From: an uncultured bacterium | GTDB taxonomy: Bacteria; Patescibacteriota; JACMRA01 | Length of the DNA: 64,000 nucleotides | Assembly (NCBI GenBank): GCA_963704645.1 | Contig: OY969926.1 | Coordinates: 96,001 to 160,000, forward strand | Direction of reading: 5' to 3' | Part shown: in pieces, positions 47,782 to 57,629 of the stretch | How the letters are laid out: each line of letters starts with the position of its first letter | How positions within the stretch are numbered: position 1 is the stretch's first letter | Notes under the pieces: generated by a model | What the model was told of the DNA's origin: nothing | The model's database searches: none | The model's input: the letters and a program-made list of their open reading frames with translations, nothing else | Translations under genes and position numbers: made by a program

Positions 47782-48237
47782 ATGTCTGATATCGACAACC
47801 AAAATATTCATCTAGTTTCTTTAAAGAACGACAGAGACTTAGACAGCAAATTAACCCAATGGCCAGCTAGTATAAATTCTGAAGAAGAGTTTTTTGGATT
47901 ATGTTTAAGCCTAGCTTTTAAATTGGAAGACGAAGGTTTGGAAGGTTTAAACAAAACATTAGGAAGTTTAGGCCAATTAAACATGTCAGACTTCTTAAAC
48001 ATAATTTTACTTTTAAGAGAAAATAATGGCTCTAGCTTTAAAAAATCTGCTCAAAGTTTATACCAAACCAATTTAGAAGATTTAGACAAAAGTATTAATA
48101 ACTTTCTAAAATGTTTTGATGTTGTTTTGCATAGTTCTGTAAATGCTCCTAAAACTTATGCTTTAAGCCAAACTGCAATATCTAACTTGTTGCTAGATTT
48201 GTTTGATATTAAACTAGAAAATTCACCAAAAAATTAA
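47782..48237 (+). CDS. Hypothetical protein
   Basis: 151-aa ORF with TTGACA upstream, 8 nt before ychF. Confidence 0.65.
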   Translation: MSDIDNQNIHLVSLKNDRDLDSKLTQWPASINSEEEFFGLCLSLAFKLEDEGLEGLNKTLGSLGQLNMSDFLNIILLLRENNGSSFKKSAQSLYQTNLEDLDKSINNFLKCFDVVLHSSVNAPKTYALSQTAISNLLLDLFDIKLENSPKN

Positions 48238-48245
48238 TTTATTAT

Positions 48246-49298
48246 ATGCTATCCGTCGGACTTGTTGGTTTACCTAATGCTGGAAAATCTACCCTATTTA
48301 ATTTACTTACTAAACGTAATGTTTCTGCTGAAAACTACCCTTTCTGCACCATAGAACCAAATACAGGTGTGGTAGAAGTACCAGATTCCAGAGTTTCGGA
48401 GTTGGGTAAATTAGTAAACGCTAAAAAAGAAGTTTACTCTTTAATTGAATTTAAAGACATTGCTGGACTTGTTAAAAATGCAAGTCAAGGGGCTGGTTTG
48501 GGTAATCAATTTCTAAGCCATATTGCTGAAACCGATTTAATTTTACTGGTTGTAAGAACTTTTCAAAATGATGATGTTATTCATGTAGAAAATCGCATTA
48601 ACCCTGCAGAAGATGAAGAAATATTATTGCTAGAATTAATTCTAAGAGATCAAGCTTCTTTAGAAAAACAAATTACCAGACTAGAAAAAGATTCTAAAAC
48701 TAATCAACTTTTAGCTTCAGAAAAACTTGCTTTAGCTAATCAAATTTTATTGGCTTTAAAAAATAATCAATTAGCCAGCACCGTTCCAACACCCAAAATT
48801 GGAGAAGAAGAGCTTGAAAAATTTAGAAAAACCCTAAACCTTGTAACCCAAAAACAAATTTTACGCTTAGCTAACATTAATTTGGATGGCAAAAACGAAG
48901 CTTACAATAGCGATTTTGATTTAGATATTTTATTAGAATCAAGTATGCAGGATATGTCTTCAGAAGACAGAGAGGAACTTGGTTTGAACAAAAGTACTGG
49001 CTTAGATCAATTAATTAGAGCCTGCTACAAAAAGCTAAACCTAAGTACTTTTCTAACAGTGGGCGAGGTGGAATCGAGAGCCTGGACTTTTAAATCCGAT
49101 TCTACAGCTCCTGTTTGTGCTGGTGTAATTCACACAGATTTTGAAAAGAAGTTTATTAAGGCCGAAGTAGTTACTTATCCAGATTTTGTTAAGGTTGGAG
49201 GATGGAAACAAGCCTACGAAAATGGATTGGTAAAAACTTTAGGTAAAGACTACATTATGCAAGACGGCGACGTAGTTGAATTTAAAATTGGAGGTTAA
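48246..49298 (+). CDS. ychF: Redox-regulated ATPase YchF
   Basis: GLPNAGKST, NYPFCTIEPN, DIAGLV..AS.G.GLGN.FL, TGS domain. Confidence 0.97.
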   Translation: MLSVGLVGLPNAGKSTLFNLLTKRNVSAENYPFCTIEPNTGVVEVPDSRVSELGKLVNAKKEVYSLIEFKDIAGLVKNASQGAGLGNQFLSHIAETDLILLVVRTFQNDDVIHVENRINPAEDEEILLLELILRDQASLEKQITRLEKDSKTNQLLASEKLALANQILLALKNNQLASTVPTPKIGEEELEKFRKTLNLVTQKQILRLANINLDGKNEAYNSDFDLDILLESSMQDMSSEDREELGLNKSTGLDQLIRACYKKLNLSTFLTVGEVESRAWTFKSDSTAPVCAGVIHTDFEKKFIKAEVVTYPDFVKVGGWKQAYENGLVKTLGKDYIMQDGDVVEFKIGG

Positions 49299-49332
49299 TT
49301 TACAGGTATCAAATAATTGAGACTGTCACCCT

Positions 49333-50412
49333 TGTATATGTCATAAATTTCAGTGACAGAATTTAAATCTTCTTTTAGATTATTTCTGTTAAATTTTTAA
49401 CAACATATATTCTAACATAATATGCGTTTAAATGATAATACTTTAACCAAGAATTACCTTAGACATATGAAACAATTAGTTCAAGAATATGAATTAATTA
49501 AAACAAGGAAACATCCTAGATATGTATTTGTAAATGAATTCTACAAAGCAAATAATATAACTAGACAAAACTTCATCAAATATTACAATAGGTATAAATT
49601 AGTTTCTATGGATAGTAGTTTAATTCCAAAGAAAAGAGGGAGAAAGTTTGGTAGTTTAAAAAGTATTCCTTTCATACAGAATAAGATTATTGAACTTAGA
49701 AACCAAGGATTTGGTAGATATGAGATACACGATTTCCTTTTACCTAAGTATGGTAAATATACTCCTTCACCTACGACTATTTACAATATACTATTAAAGA
49801 AAGGATTGAATAGATTAGATCCAAGAGTAATTCAAACTAACAAAAGAAGAATCATTAAAGATAAAGCAGGAGAATTAGGCCATATGGATTGCCACAGACT
49901 AGCTAAAGGAATACTGGAGGGTGAAAAGAATGAATACTTTCTACTAAGCTTAACAGATGACTTTACTAGAATAGTTATGACCATACTAATACCTAATCTG
50001 CAAGCTCTAACAGTTATGCTTTATACTCAAAGATTATTAGCAGTATTCAATAGATGTTACAACATAGATTTTCAAAGTATATTAACAGACAATGGACCCG
50101 AATTTGGAAGGAAAGAAACAAAAGAAGAAAACAAACAAAACCATCCATTTGAAAGATTACTGTTAGAATACAACATTAAGCATAAGTACACTAGAGCCTA
50201 CAGGCCACAAACCAATGGTAAAGTAGAAAGATTCTGGAGAAGTTTAGAGGAAGAATTACTTAGAGAGCAAGTATACCCAGATAAAGAAAGTTTAGAAGAA
50301 GAATTATTTGAATATTGTTGCTACTTCAACCATATTAGAAGACATCAAGGTATTGGTAATATTACTCCCTATGAGAAACTTAATTCTGTCACTGAATAAG
50401 TTGACATATACA
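49333..50412 (+). mobile_element. IS481-family insertion sequence (1080 bp)
   Basis: TGT...ACA ends; 31-bp TIR TGTATATGTCA-N5-TTCAGTGACAGAATT; 5-bp target duplication ACCCT (49328-49332, 50413-50417). Confidence 0.92.
49422..50399 (+). CDS. IS481-family DDE transposase
   Basis: GELGHMD, DDFTR, TDNGPEF, RPQTNGKVERF, N..R.H..I...TP. Confidence 0.93.
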   Translation: MRLNDNTLTKNYLRHMKQLVQEYELIKTRKHPRYVFVNEFYKANNITRQNFIKYYNRYKLVSMDSSLIPKKRGRKFGSLKSIPFIQNKIIELRNQGFGRYEIHDFLLPKYGKYTPSPTTIYNILLKKGLNRLDPRVIQTNKRRIIKDKAGELGHMDCHRLAKGILEGEKNEYFLLSLTDDFTRIVMTILIPNLQALTVMLYTQRLLAVFNRCYNIDFQSILTDNGPEFGRKETKEENKQNHPFERLLLEYNIKHKYTRAYRPQTNGKVERFWRSLEEELLREQVYPDKESLEEELFEYCCYFNHIRRHQGIGNITPYEKLNSVTE

Positions 50413-50491
50413 ACCCTGAATTTATTTCAGAGTCTAAACTGGATAATATTAACACATCTTTATTGAAAAAGATACTCCTTTATTTCAAAGT

Positions 50492-51070
50492 CTAAAAAAT
50501 GCTATCTACCATCATTTCCTCAACTGCAGTTTGCATTTGTCCTGCTTCTGGTTTATCTAAAATAATTTCTTTTGTAGTTAATAAATCTTCGTATTTTAAA
50601 GGCTTACCAGTTTTAGACAATTCAAAAAGTTTTTCGGTTAACAAAACATCGTGCATGCAATAATCTATAAGCGGAAACCAGTTTTTATCTGCGTAATAAT
50701 GTTTAAAAGTCTCATACTTGTCAGTTTTTTGTTTTCCTAAAGTTGCCTTACATAAATCATCTAGCTTAACTTTAAAACCAATTTTCTTCTCTACTTCCAA
50801 CATTAAATCATAGGTTGGCAAACTTTTTAAATTGAAATTAGCGTATTTTTGTAACACTGGTAAATCAAACCAACAATGATTATAACCAACTACCAAATCA
50901 CATTCTTTTAATAAATCTATAAATACATTCAAATCTTTTTCTAAAAAGGCCAAATACTTATTTTCCCAACTAATATAAGCCCCCAAAACAGACACTCTAA
51001 ATTCTGAAGTATCAATTCTATTTAAATTGCTTGGAGAATAAGTTTCTAAATCAAAGGTAATGTAATTCAT
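50492..51070 (-). CDS. RNase H-like DEDD 3'-5' exonuclease (YprB-like)
   Basis: FDLET, VGYN...FD, YC..DV. Confidence 0.85.
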   Translation of the reverse strand: MNYITFDLETYSPSNLNRIDTSEFRVSVLGAYISWENKYLAFLEKDLNVFIDLLKECDLVVGYNHCWFDLPVLQKYANFNLKSLPTYDLMLEVEKKIGFKVKLDDLCKATLGKQKTDKYETFKHYYADKNWFPLIDYCMHDVLLTEKLFELSKTGKPLKYEDLLTTKEIILDKPEAGQMQTAVEEMMVDSIF

Positions 51071-51191
51071 ATTGTTTTCTATTTTTATGCTGGAATGTTT
51101 TGAAGTTTATAGAGCTTGGTTTGAAGCATTGGAAGCAAAGAGTATATAGAAGAGCCAACAAATCTAAGCTCTCGATGTCATGTGAATTTGA

Positions 51192-51226
51192 GAGACTGTC
51201 ACCCTGAACTTGTTTCAGTATCTAAA
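51192..51226 (+). repeat. TGTCACCCTGAA-type palindromic repeat
   Basis: GAGACTGTCACCCTGAACTTGTTTCAGTATCTAAA. Confidence 0.8.
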
Positions 51227-51450
51227 TTGTAAAGTTAAGATAAATATGTTTAAGCAAATCTCAACCTTAGTTTCACACAATATACATTTAAAAGTGTAAT
51301 GTTAAAACTACTCAAGCTTTAACCTAATTACCACACCTCTATTGTAAAATTAAAAAAGAGTCTAACTCATTAGTCAACCTAATTTAATTTGGATAAATTA
51401 GTAGCTTAATTAATTGCAATTAGTTGGCATTTATAAGGCCGTGATAATTT

Positions 51451-52788
51451 TTATACAGCCTGAATCACTGCCCCGCCCAGCATTCTTGTACCATTATAAA
51501 AAACTATACTTTGGCCTGGAGCAATAGCTCTAACAGCCTCATTAAAAACTACTTTATATCTTCGTATGGACTCTCCACTCTCTGAACCTGTCCCCAATTC
51601 CAAAAAACATTGCACAGCTTGTTGATGGTAACGTACTTGAGCTGAAAGTATAAAATTATCTTGCAATTTATTCTCTAATATTTGTTGAATCAAAGAATCT
51701 TCTACCAGCCAATTAAAATCATCTACATAGCAAAACGTAGCATCTAATATTTCATCTTGTTCGGCATGAGCTACAACAACTTGATTGTTATTTACATCAA
51801 CTTTCTGCACAAACCACGGACCTCCACCTAAGCCTAGTTTATTTCTTTGCCCAATTGTGTATAAATAAGCACCTAAATGTTGACCCAAAACTTTTCCATC
51901 TAAAGTTACAATATCACCCTTCTTTTCACCCAAAGATTGCAGAAGAAGTTCACGAAGTGGTGTTGTACCAATAAAACACAAACCTTGAGAATCTTTTTTA
52001 GCCGCAGTAATTAAGTCATTTTCAGAAGCCAATTTTCTAACCTCATCTTTAGTAGTAAAATCTCCAATTGGAAACAACATCATATTCAATTCCTCCCTAG
52101 GAATTCTCCATAAAAAATAACTTTGATCTTTATTAAAATCATCTCCACGATGAAGTTCCACAGCAAAATTATTTTCTGAAATAATATGCTTGGAAATCGA
52201 ACTATACGGGTCATTGTTGTTAGATTGAGAGTTCTGTTGGTCAACATGAGTGCTTGACTCTATATTTTCAACTCTTTTAGCATAATGTCCTGTTGCTACA
52301 AAATCTGCCCCTAGCTTTTTAGCTTTCTTTAAAAATAAACCAAATTTTATTACCGAATTGCACATTACATCAGGATTTGGAGTTAAACCATTTTGGTAAC
52401 TTTGAAGCATGTATTCCACAACTTTTTTCTTGTATTCTTCTTCAAAATCCCAGACAAAAAAAGGAATTTCTAGTTTGGCCGCAACCAAAGAAGCATCTAA
52501 GGAATCTTGCTCCCAAAAACAACCGTATAAATTTCTGTCTACTCCCAACTCATCTAAAGCTTGAATGGACCAGCATTTCATGAAAACTCCAACAACTTTA
52601 TAACCTTCCTGCTTCAATTTCAAGGCAGCCACAGAGGAATCTACACCACCACTCATCATTACAAAAACAGTTTTGGTGGAATTTTTGGAGACTAAGTTTC
52701 CAGTTGCAGACCCATCATTATTTAAAAGCGATGTTTCACTTCCTCCCAATTTTTGATTATTTAAGATTGTTGAATCTGTTTTAGTCAT
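51451..52788 (-). CDS. mnmA: tRNA 2-thiouridylase MnmA
   Basis: MSGGVDSSV, TPNPDVMCN, ATGHY, KDQSYFL, DSQGLCF, YTIGQR, APGQ. Confidence 0.97.
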   Translation of the reverse strand: MTKTDSTILNNQKLGGSETSLLNNDGSATGNLVSKNSTKTVFVMMSGGVDSSVAALKLKQEGYKVVGVFMKCWSIQALDELGVDRNLYGCFWEQDSLDASLVAAKLEIPFFVWDFEEEYKKKVVEYMLQSYQNGLTPNPDVMCNSVIKFGLFLKKAKKLGADFVATGHYAKRVENIESSTHVDQQNSQSNNNDPYSSISKHIISENNFAVELHRGDDFNKDQSYFLWRIPREELNMMLFPIGDFTTKDEVRKLASENDLITAAKKDSQGLCFIGTTPLRELLLQSLGEKKGDIVTLDGKVLGQHLGAYLYTIGQRNKLGLGGGPWFVQKVDVNNNQVVVAHAEQDEILDATFCYVDDFNWLVEDSLIQQILENKLQDNFILSAQVRYHQQAVQCFLELGTGSESGESIRRYKVVFNEAVRAIAPGQSIVFYNGTRMLGGAVIQAV

Positions 52789-52811
52789 TATAATCCGATT
52801 TCAACACAGCC

Positions 52812-53237
52812 CTATATTACTGTCCAATCTTCCAATTTCAAATTGGCTATATGTTTAAAGTCTTGGTCATTGCTTACAATTGTATAGCCAAATTCTAAAG
52901 CTGTCGCGGCTGCCATTAAGTCAAAATCTCCAACTGAAAAACCTTTTTCTAATGTTTCAACTTTAATTTTTATATATTTTTCTGCAATTTCTTTTGTATA
53001 ATTAATTATCTTTAAAGTGTCTAAATGTTTTTTTGTTTCATTGAATATTCTTTTTTTGTACTCAGGACCATATTTACTTATACCTTTTTGAATTCCAAAC
53101 AAAATCTCTTGATAAGTAATTATAGATAAATACAGGTCTTCTCCTGTACTAAATTTTCTCATATTTATTTTAATATTTTCACCTTCAGAATCTTCTTTTA
53201 TAATATGATTAATAATATTTACATCCAAAAGATACAT
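52812..53237 (-). CDS. vapC: PIN-domain toxin, VapC family
   Basis: MYLLDVN, E..FG, DLMAAATAL, SND.DF, LEDW. Confidence 0.88.
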   Translation of the reverse strand: MYLLDVNIINHIIKEDSEGENIKINMRKFSTGEDLYLSIITYQEILFGIQKGISKYGPEYKKRIFNETKKHLDTLKIINYTKEIAEKYIKIKVETLEKGFSVGDFDLMAAATALEFGYTIVSNDQDFKHIANLKLEDWTVI

Positions 53238-53250
53238 AATAAATAAATAT

Positions 53251-53382
53251 AGTAATATCGTATTACTTATGTCAAATAAAATATGCTTATATATCAAATA
53301 TTTACCTACTTTATTATCTGTATTGGACAAAAATAGTTTTTTGTTTTAGTATTATTTTAACAATAATATTGTATTACTTATG
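53251..53382. promoter_or_regulatory. Two operator-like repeats in the vapC/RHH divergent spacer
   Basis: AGTAATA-TCG-TATTACT-TATG (53251) and AATAATA-TTG-TATTACT-TATG (53362). Confidence 0.55.
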
Positions 53383-53646
53383 CAACCAACTATTTCTCTA
53401 AAACTTGATTCAGATATGCTAGACGGACTAAAAAAAATGTCTAGGGCTCGCAGTATTTCTATGTCCAGTTTAGCCCGCGAGGCTTTTAGTGAAAAGCTAA
53501 ATTATAAGACTAAAAAACAGATCGAGCCAGAAATTTTCAAACTATTTGGTATTGCAAAGACAACAGAAGAAAAAAAATATATTAGCGATGTATTTCAAGA
53601 AATAGAAAACAGAAAGAAAAATCCTAATGTCGGTAAAAAATTCTAA
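53380..53646 (+). CDS. Ribbon-helix-helix protein (VapB-like antitoxin)
   Basis: TISLKLD..L..LK.MS.ARSISMSSLAREA; C-terminal LFGI. Confidence 0.75.
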   Translation: MQPTISLKLDSDMLDGLKKMSRARSISMSSLAREAFSEKLNYKTKKQIEPEIFKLFGIAKTTEEKKYISDVFQEIENRKKNPNVGKKF

Positions 53647-53653
53647 ACCAAAA

Positions 53654-53800
53654 ATGACAACTATATCATTTAAAATAGATAAAGTCATAGCAGAAAAAAT
53701 AAAAGCCACTGCAAAATCTAGGGGAATTAGCATGTCTGCATATATTAGAGAATGTATTGAAAATTATTTAAGAATGGAGGAGGGTTTATTGAAAAAATAA
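53654..53800 (+). CDS. Second RHH protein (48 aa)
   Basis: MTTISFKIDKVIAEKIKATAKSRGISMSAYIRECIENYL; not in ORF track. Confidence 0.7.
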   Translation: MTTISFKIDKVIAEKIKATAKSRGISMSAYIRECIENYLRMEEGLLKK

Positions 53801-53860
53801 ACAAACATTTCAAAACGGAAGAAAAAATTATAAACTAAGAAATGTCAATTTATAAGTGCC

Positions 53861-55024
53861 TTAGTTTAGCTCAAGTTTACACCCTCTACTCAAAAACTCT
53901 AAAGTTGCGCCGCCGCCTGAAGACACGAAAGTAAATTTATTTAAAATATTTTCTGGAATTGCAGCTACACTATCTCCTCCGCCAAGTACTGCATGTACGC
54001 CTAAGTTAGATATAAATTCAGCAATTTCTAATGTTCCTTTTGCGTATTCGGGCTGTTCGTATTGACCCAATGGCCCATTCCAAAAAACAGACTTAGCGGT
54101 TAACAAGTGTTCCTTAAAAAATTGAATCGAGTTTGGCCCAATATCTTTCGCATTATTTAAACTAGGAACAAAATCAGTAGCTAGAACTAACTTATCTTTA
54201 TATTTTTCTATAATATTGGAAGCCAAATTTAATTCTTCTTGGCTACAATTAGTTTTAATTTTTTTCATCACGTTAAGAAACGGGAAGCAAATTGTTCCAC
54301 CTAGCATAACTTTATCTACTTTAGGAAGTAAACTTTCTAATAATGGCAGTTTGGTGGCTAATTTAGCACCTCCTAAAACTAAAATAAACGGACGAATTGG
54401 GGATTTTAGAAAATAACTTAGATTGTTAACTTCTTTTTCGTAATGAAAACCTAAAGTATGTGGTAAAAATTCCTTTATTTCAGTATTGGTTGCATCATTT
54501 CTATGAGAAGAAATAAAACATTCATCTACAAAAACATCAGCCAATTTAGCATACTGACTAGCTAGTTGTAGCCTATCTTCAGAATTAATCGTAAACTCGT
54601 TGCTATCAAAATAAATATTTTCAAGCAAAACAATACTTTTAAAGGGTAGATTATCAATAGTATTCTTTGCCTTAGAAAAACCTTCTTCAAACTGACTCAC
54701 AAAATGAATTTTTATATCGTGATTTAAACCTTGCTCAGCTAAATCGTAGGTTTCGTTCGTATTTATATCTTGTGGCTTTAAGTAACTATATAAAAACTTA
54801 TTGAATTCGAGGTTTAAAATTTCAACAATCTTAATAAAACTTAAATCTAGATCAACCCCATCTGGCCTTCCCCACTTACTAATTAAAACAATCTTATTTT
54901 TATTTCTTAAAAGTGTATTAATTGTTTCAAAGGAACTTTTTATTCTATCTAAAGTATTTAAGTTTGGAATATCAAAACCTACTCTTACTAAAACCGTTTT
55001 ATTAAAAATAGAATTAATTTCCAT
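53861..55024 (-). CDS. pgk: Phosphoglycerate kinase (divergent)
   Basis: VLVRV.F, LLEN, LGGAK, DIGP, WNGP.G, GGGDS, SSGGGA.LEF. Confidence 0.9.
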   Translation of the reverse strand: MEINSIFNKTVLVRVGFDIPNLNTLDRIKSSFETINTLLRNKNKIVLISKWGRPDGVDLDLSFIKIVEILNLEFNKFLYSYLKPQDINTNETYDLAEQGLNHDIKIHFVSQFEEGFSKAKNTIDNLPFKSIVLLENIYFDSNEFTINSEDRLQLASQYAKLADVFVDECFISSHRNDATNTEIKEFLPHTLGFHYEKEVNNLSYFLKSPIRPFILVLGGAKLATKLPLLESLLPKVDKVMLGGTICFPFLNVMKKIKTNCSQEELNLASNIIEKYKDKLVLATDFVPSLNNAKDIGPNSIQFFKEHLLTAKSVFWNGPLGQYEQPEYAKGTLEIAEFISNLGVHAVLGGGDSVAAIPENILNKFTFVSSGGGATLEFLSRGCKLELN

Positions 55025-55028
55025 TAAA

Positions 55029-55460
55029 TTATTTTTTTGAAATTCCTGGGAATACTTTGTTTTTAAAATATGTGTATTCAATATTCCAATTTTGAATAAA
55101 GTATTTAATAATGAAGTACATTAAAACTGCAAACCAAATAAATCCAACAAAAATCCAAACTCTAGCACCTAAAAATCCAACTTGAATGTTTCTTAAAACA
55201 AACCATGTTAAACCTAAAATTCCCATCCATATAAAATTGTCGCTCCAAGTTGGGAACTTCTTTTGAAGTGGGTGCTGATCATTTAAGAAAGCTTGGGATA
55301 CTTTCATGCAAACACCTAAAACGAAAAATGATGTAAACAAATATAAAAATAAGTTATAGAAGAAACCATTTGTTACTAAAGCTGGGGTAGCAGAAACACC
55401 GCCGGCAATGCCTTCTAACCAATACTTTAAATCGGTAACTTTAGACCAGTCAATGTTCAT
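55029..55460 (-). CDS. Three-TM hypothetical membrane protein
   Basis: Hydrophobic segments, FLGARVW. Confidence 0.7.
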   Translation of the reverse strand: MNIDWSKVTDLKYWLEGIAGGVSATPALVTNGFFYNLFLYLFTSFFVLGVCMKVSQAFLNDQHPLQKKFPTWSDNFIWMGILGLTWFVLRNIQVGFLGARVWIFVGFIWFAVLMYFIIKYFIQNWNIEYTYFKNKVFPGISKK

Positions 55461-55478
55461 ATTTGTAAAATATTATGC

Positions 55479-56399
55479 TTATAGTGTGTTTATATAATCC
55501 TGAACTTCTTTTACGGCTTTTTCAGAAATTCCTGCAAGATCAGCAACTTCATCTTTCCTAGCTAGCAATTCTTCCTTAGTTGTAATTCCATTCTTTTCTA
55601 AAATTCCTTTTACCTTTTTAGATAAATCTAACTCATCAGCTACAACTATGTTTTCTGATTGTGTTAAAGCTGGTACTGCTGCAGTTGCCTGTCCAGCTAG
55701 GAAGCTAGATTGAATATTGTTGAACAAATCAACTGAGAGTTTCAAGCCATACTCTACAATTTCATTTATATCTACTGTGGAATCAGTTTCAATATCCATC
55801 TCAATTTTTTCAAAGTTTGTTTTATCATTAACACGAACTTGAGTTACATTTAAAGCAACGTTTACAACAGGACTAAACAAAGCATCTACTAAAATATCTT
55901 GTGGACTTGATGCATCTGATTGGTTTACTTGTTCAATAGAAAAATATCCAAAACCTTGAGTAACCTCAATTTCAATTTCAATTTTTCCATCTTTATCCAA
56001 CGAACAAATATATGTATCTGGATTAACAATTTTTGCCTTAGCATTTTTTTGGAAATCGGAAGCTAAAACTTGTCCTTGCCCTGTTTTGGTAAGTAACATT
56101 GTTGCTTTTTCATCACCCGCATCTAAAGAAAAACCAATGCCTTTTAAGTTTAAAACTATATCCATTACATCTTCTACAACTCCAGGAATTGTTTGATATT
56201 CATGAGTTACATTATTAATTCTAATTTTAGTAATCGCATATCCAGGAATAGATGATAGAAAAATTCTTCTCAATGAATTACCTAAAGTATAGCCAAAACC
56301 TGGCAATAAAGGTTCTATTGTTAAAGTATGTTTAGTATCTGAGTGAGATAGTACGCTAGTTTTAATTGATGGGTAGCTTAGGTGTAAATTAGAAAGCAT
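55479..56399 (-). CDS. rpoA: RNA polymerase alpha subunit
   Basis: EPLLPGFGYTLGNSLRR, HEY.TIPGVVED, DALFSPV. Confidence 0.97.
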   Translation of the reverse strand: MLSNLHLSYPSIKTSVLSHSDTKHTLTIEPLLPGFGYTLGNSLRRIFLSSIPGYAITKIRINNVTHEYQTIPGVVEDVMDIVLNLKGIGFSLDAGDEKATMLLTKTGQGQVLASDFQKNAKAKIVNPDTYICSLDKDGKIEIEIEVTQGFGYFSIEQVNQSDASSPQDILVDALFSPVVNVALNVTQVRVNDKTNFEKIEMDIETDSTVDINEIVEYGLKLSVDLFNNIQSSFLAGQATAAVPALTQSENIVVADELDLSKKVKGILEKNGITTKEELLARKDEVADLAGISEKAVKEVQDYINTL

Positions 56400-56468
56400 A
56401 ATTGTTCTTTAGTTCTGGCATTTCATTTGATTAATGTCAATTTAATGTGTATTTTTGTTTTAATTGTT

Positions 56469-56545
56469 TGGTGGGTGTGAGAGGATTCGAACCTCTGACC
56501 TCTTCATTATCAGTGAAGTGCTCTAACCAGCTGAGCTACACACCC
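56469..56545 (-). tRNA. tRNA-Ile(GAT)
   Basis: GGGTGTGTAGCTCAG...CTTCA-CT-GAT-AA-TGAAG...TTCGAAT...CCA. Confidence 0.96.
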
Positions 56546-56562
56546 ATTCCTTAGCTGTTACG

Positions 56563-56979
56563 CTAAGAGTTTAACATTTCTTTAACTCCTTTAGTTAAGT
56601 AAATAGAACTGTCAAAAGTTAATTTACTAGTAAATTCAGAATTCTTAATTATTCTTACTTCTCTAATAACTTCACTAATAATTCCTTTTTCAAGCAAAGA
56701 TGTTAAGCTAACTACTTCGTTTTCGGCGAAAACGCTTAAAACAGAAGTTGGAATAGCTACTCTAAATCTGTTTGGCCTTGCTTTAAATCCTTTAAACTTA
56801 GGTGATCTTCTTGATAAAGACTTTTGCCCTCCTTCAAACCAGATTGGCACTTTACCGCCATGCTTAGTTTGACCTTTATGTCCTTTACCAGCATTTTTAC
56901 CACGGTTTGAACCTTCACCTTTACCAATTCTTTTTCTTTTCTTTGGAACAATTTTTTCAATATTCGATAAATTAAACAT
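56563..56979 (-). CDS. rplO: 50S ribosomal protein uL15
   Basis: RIGKG.GS..GK..GKGHKGQ, FEGGQ. Confidence 0.95.
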   Translation of the reverse strand: MFNLSNIEKIVPKKRKRIGKGEGSNRGKNAGKGHKGQTKHGGKVPIWFEGGQKSLSRRSPKFKGFKARPNRFRVAIPTSVLSVFAENEVVSLTSLLEKGIISEVIREVRIIKNSEFTSKLTFDSSIYLTKGVKEMLNS

Positions 56980-56982
56980 ATA

Positions 56983-57624
56983 CTAATTACTATTATTTGT
57001 TATTGTAGCAGCTGGTTCTTCTGCAACAGCAGTTTCAACTACGACTTCCTCTTCGTCGCCATCTGAATCTGAATTATTTACTAGAGTGGCTAGAATCGTG
57101 TCAGGCTCAGCTACAATTTCATATTCGGAAGAAAGATCTAAATCTTGAACTCTAATCATATCTGAAAGAGAAACTAATTTAGATAAATCAACGTCAATTG
57201 CTTCAGGTAACTTGTCTGGTAAAGCTTCTACTTCAATTTCTTGAAGAGGTGTCATTAAAACAGCTCCGTATTCTTTTACAGCTGGTGATTCTCCAATAAA
57301 ATTAATAGCAACAGTAGCAGTAACTTTTCTCTTTAAATTAACCAATAGTAAATCTACGTGACGCAATTTACCTGTAACTGGGTGAATATCCAAACTATTT
57401 ACAATACAAGGATAAACTTTGTTATCTACAGTTACATCAATAACATGAGATTTACCAGCCTCTTTATATGTACGTAGAAATTGCAAGTAGTTTAATTGTA
57501 AAGAAACAGATTCGATATCCTTACTAAATAAAACTGCAGGTAAAATTCCTTGCTTTCTTAATTTTCTTAAGCTGTTACCATGAACAGTTCTTACTTCTGC
57601 TGTAATTTGAGTGTGTTTAGTCAT
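56983..57624 (-). CDS. rplY: 50S ribosomal protein bL25/Ctc
   Basis: LRKQG.LPAV, HPV....HVD, LP..LP..I.VD. Confidence 0.93.
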   Translation of the reverse strand: MTKHTQITAEVRTVHGNSLRKLRKQGILPAVLFSKDIESVSLQLNYLQFLRTYKEAGKSHVIDVTVDNKVYPCIVNSLDIHPVTGKLRHVDLLLVNLKRKVTATVAINFIGESPAVKEYGAVLMTPLQEIEVEALPDKLPEAIDVDLSKLVSLSDMIRVQDLDLSSEYEIVAEPDTILATLVNNSDSDGDEEEVVVETAVAEEPAATITNNSN

Positions 57625-57629
57625 ATTTT

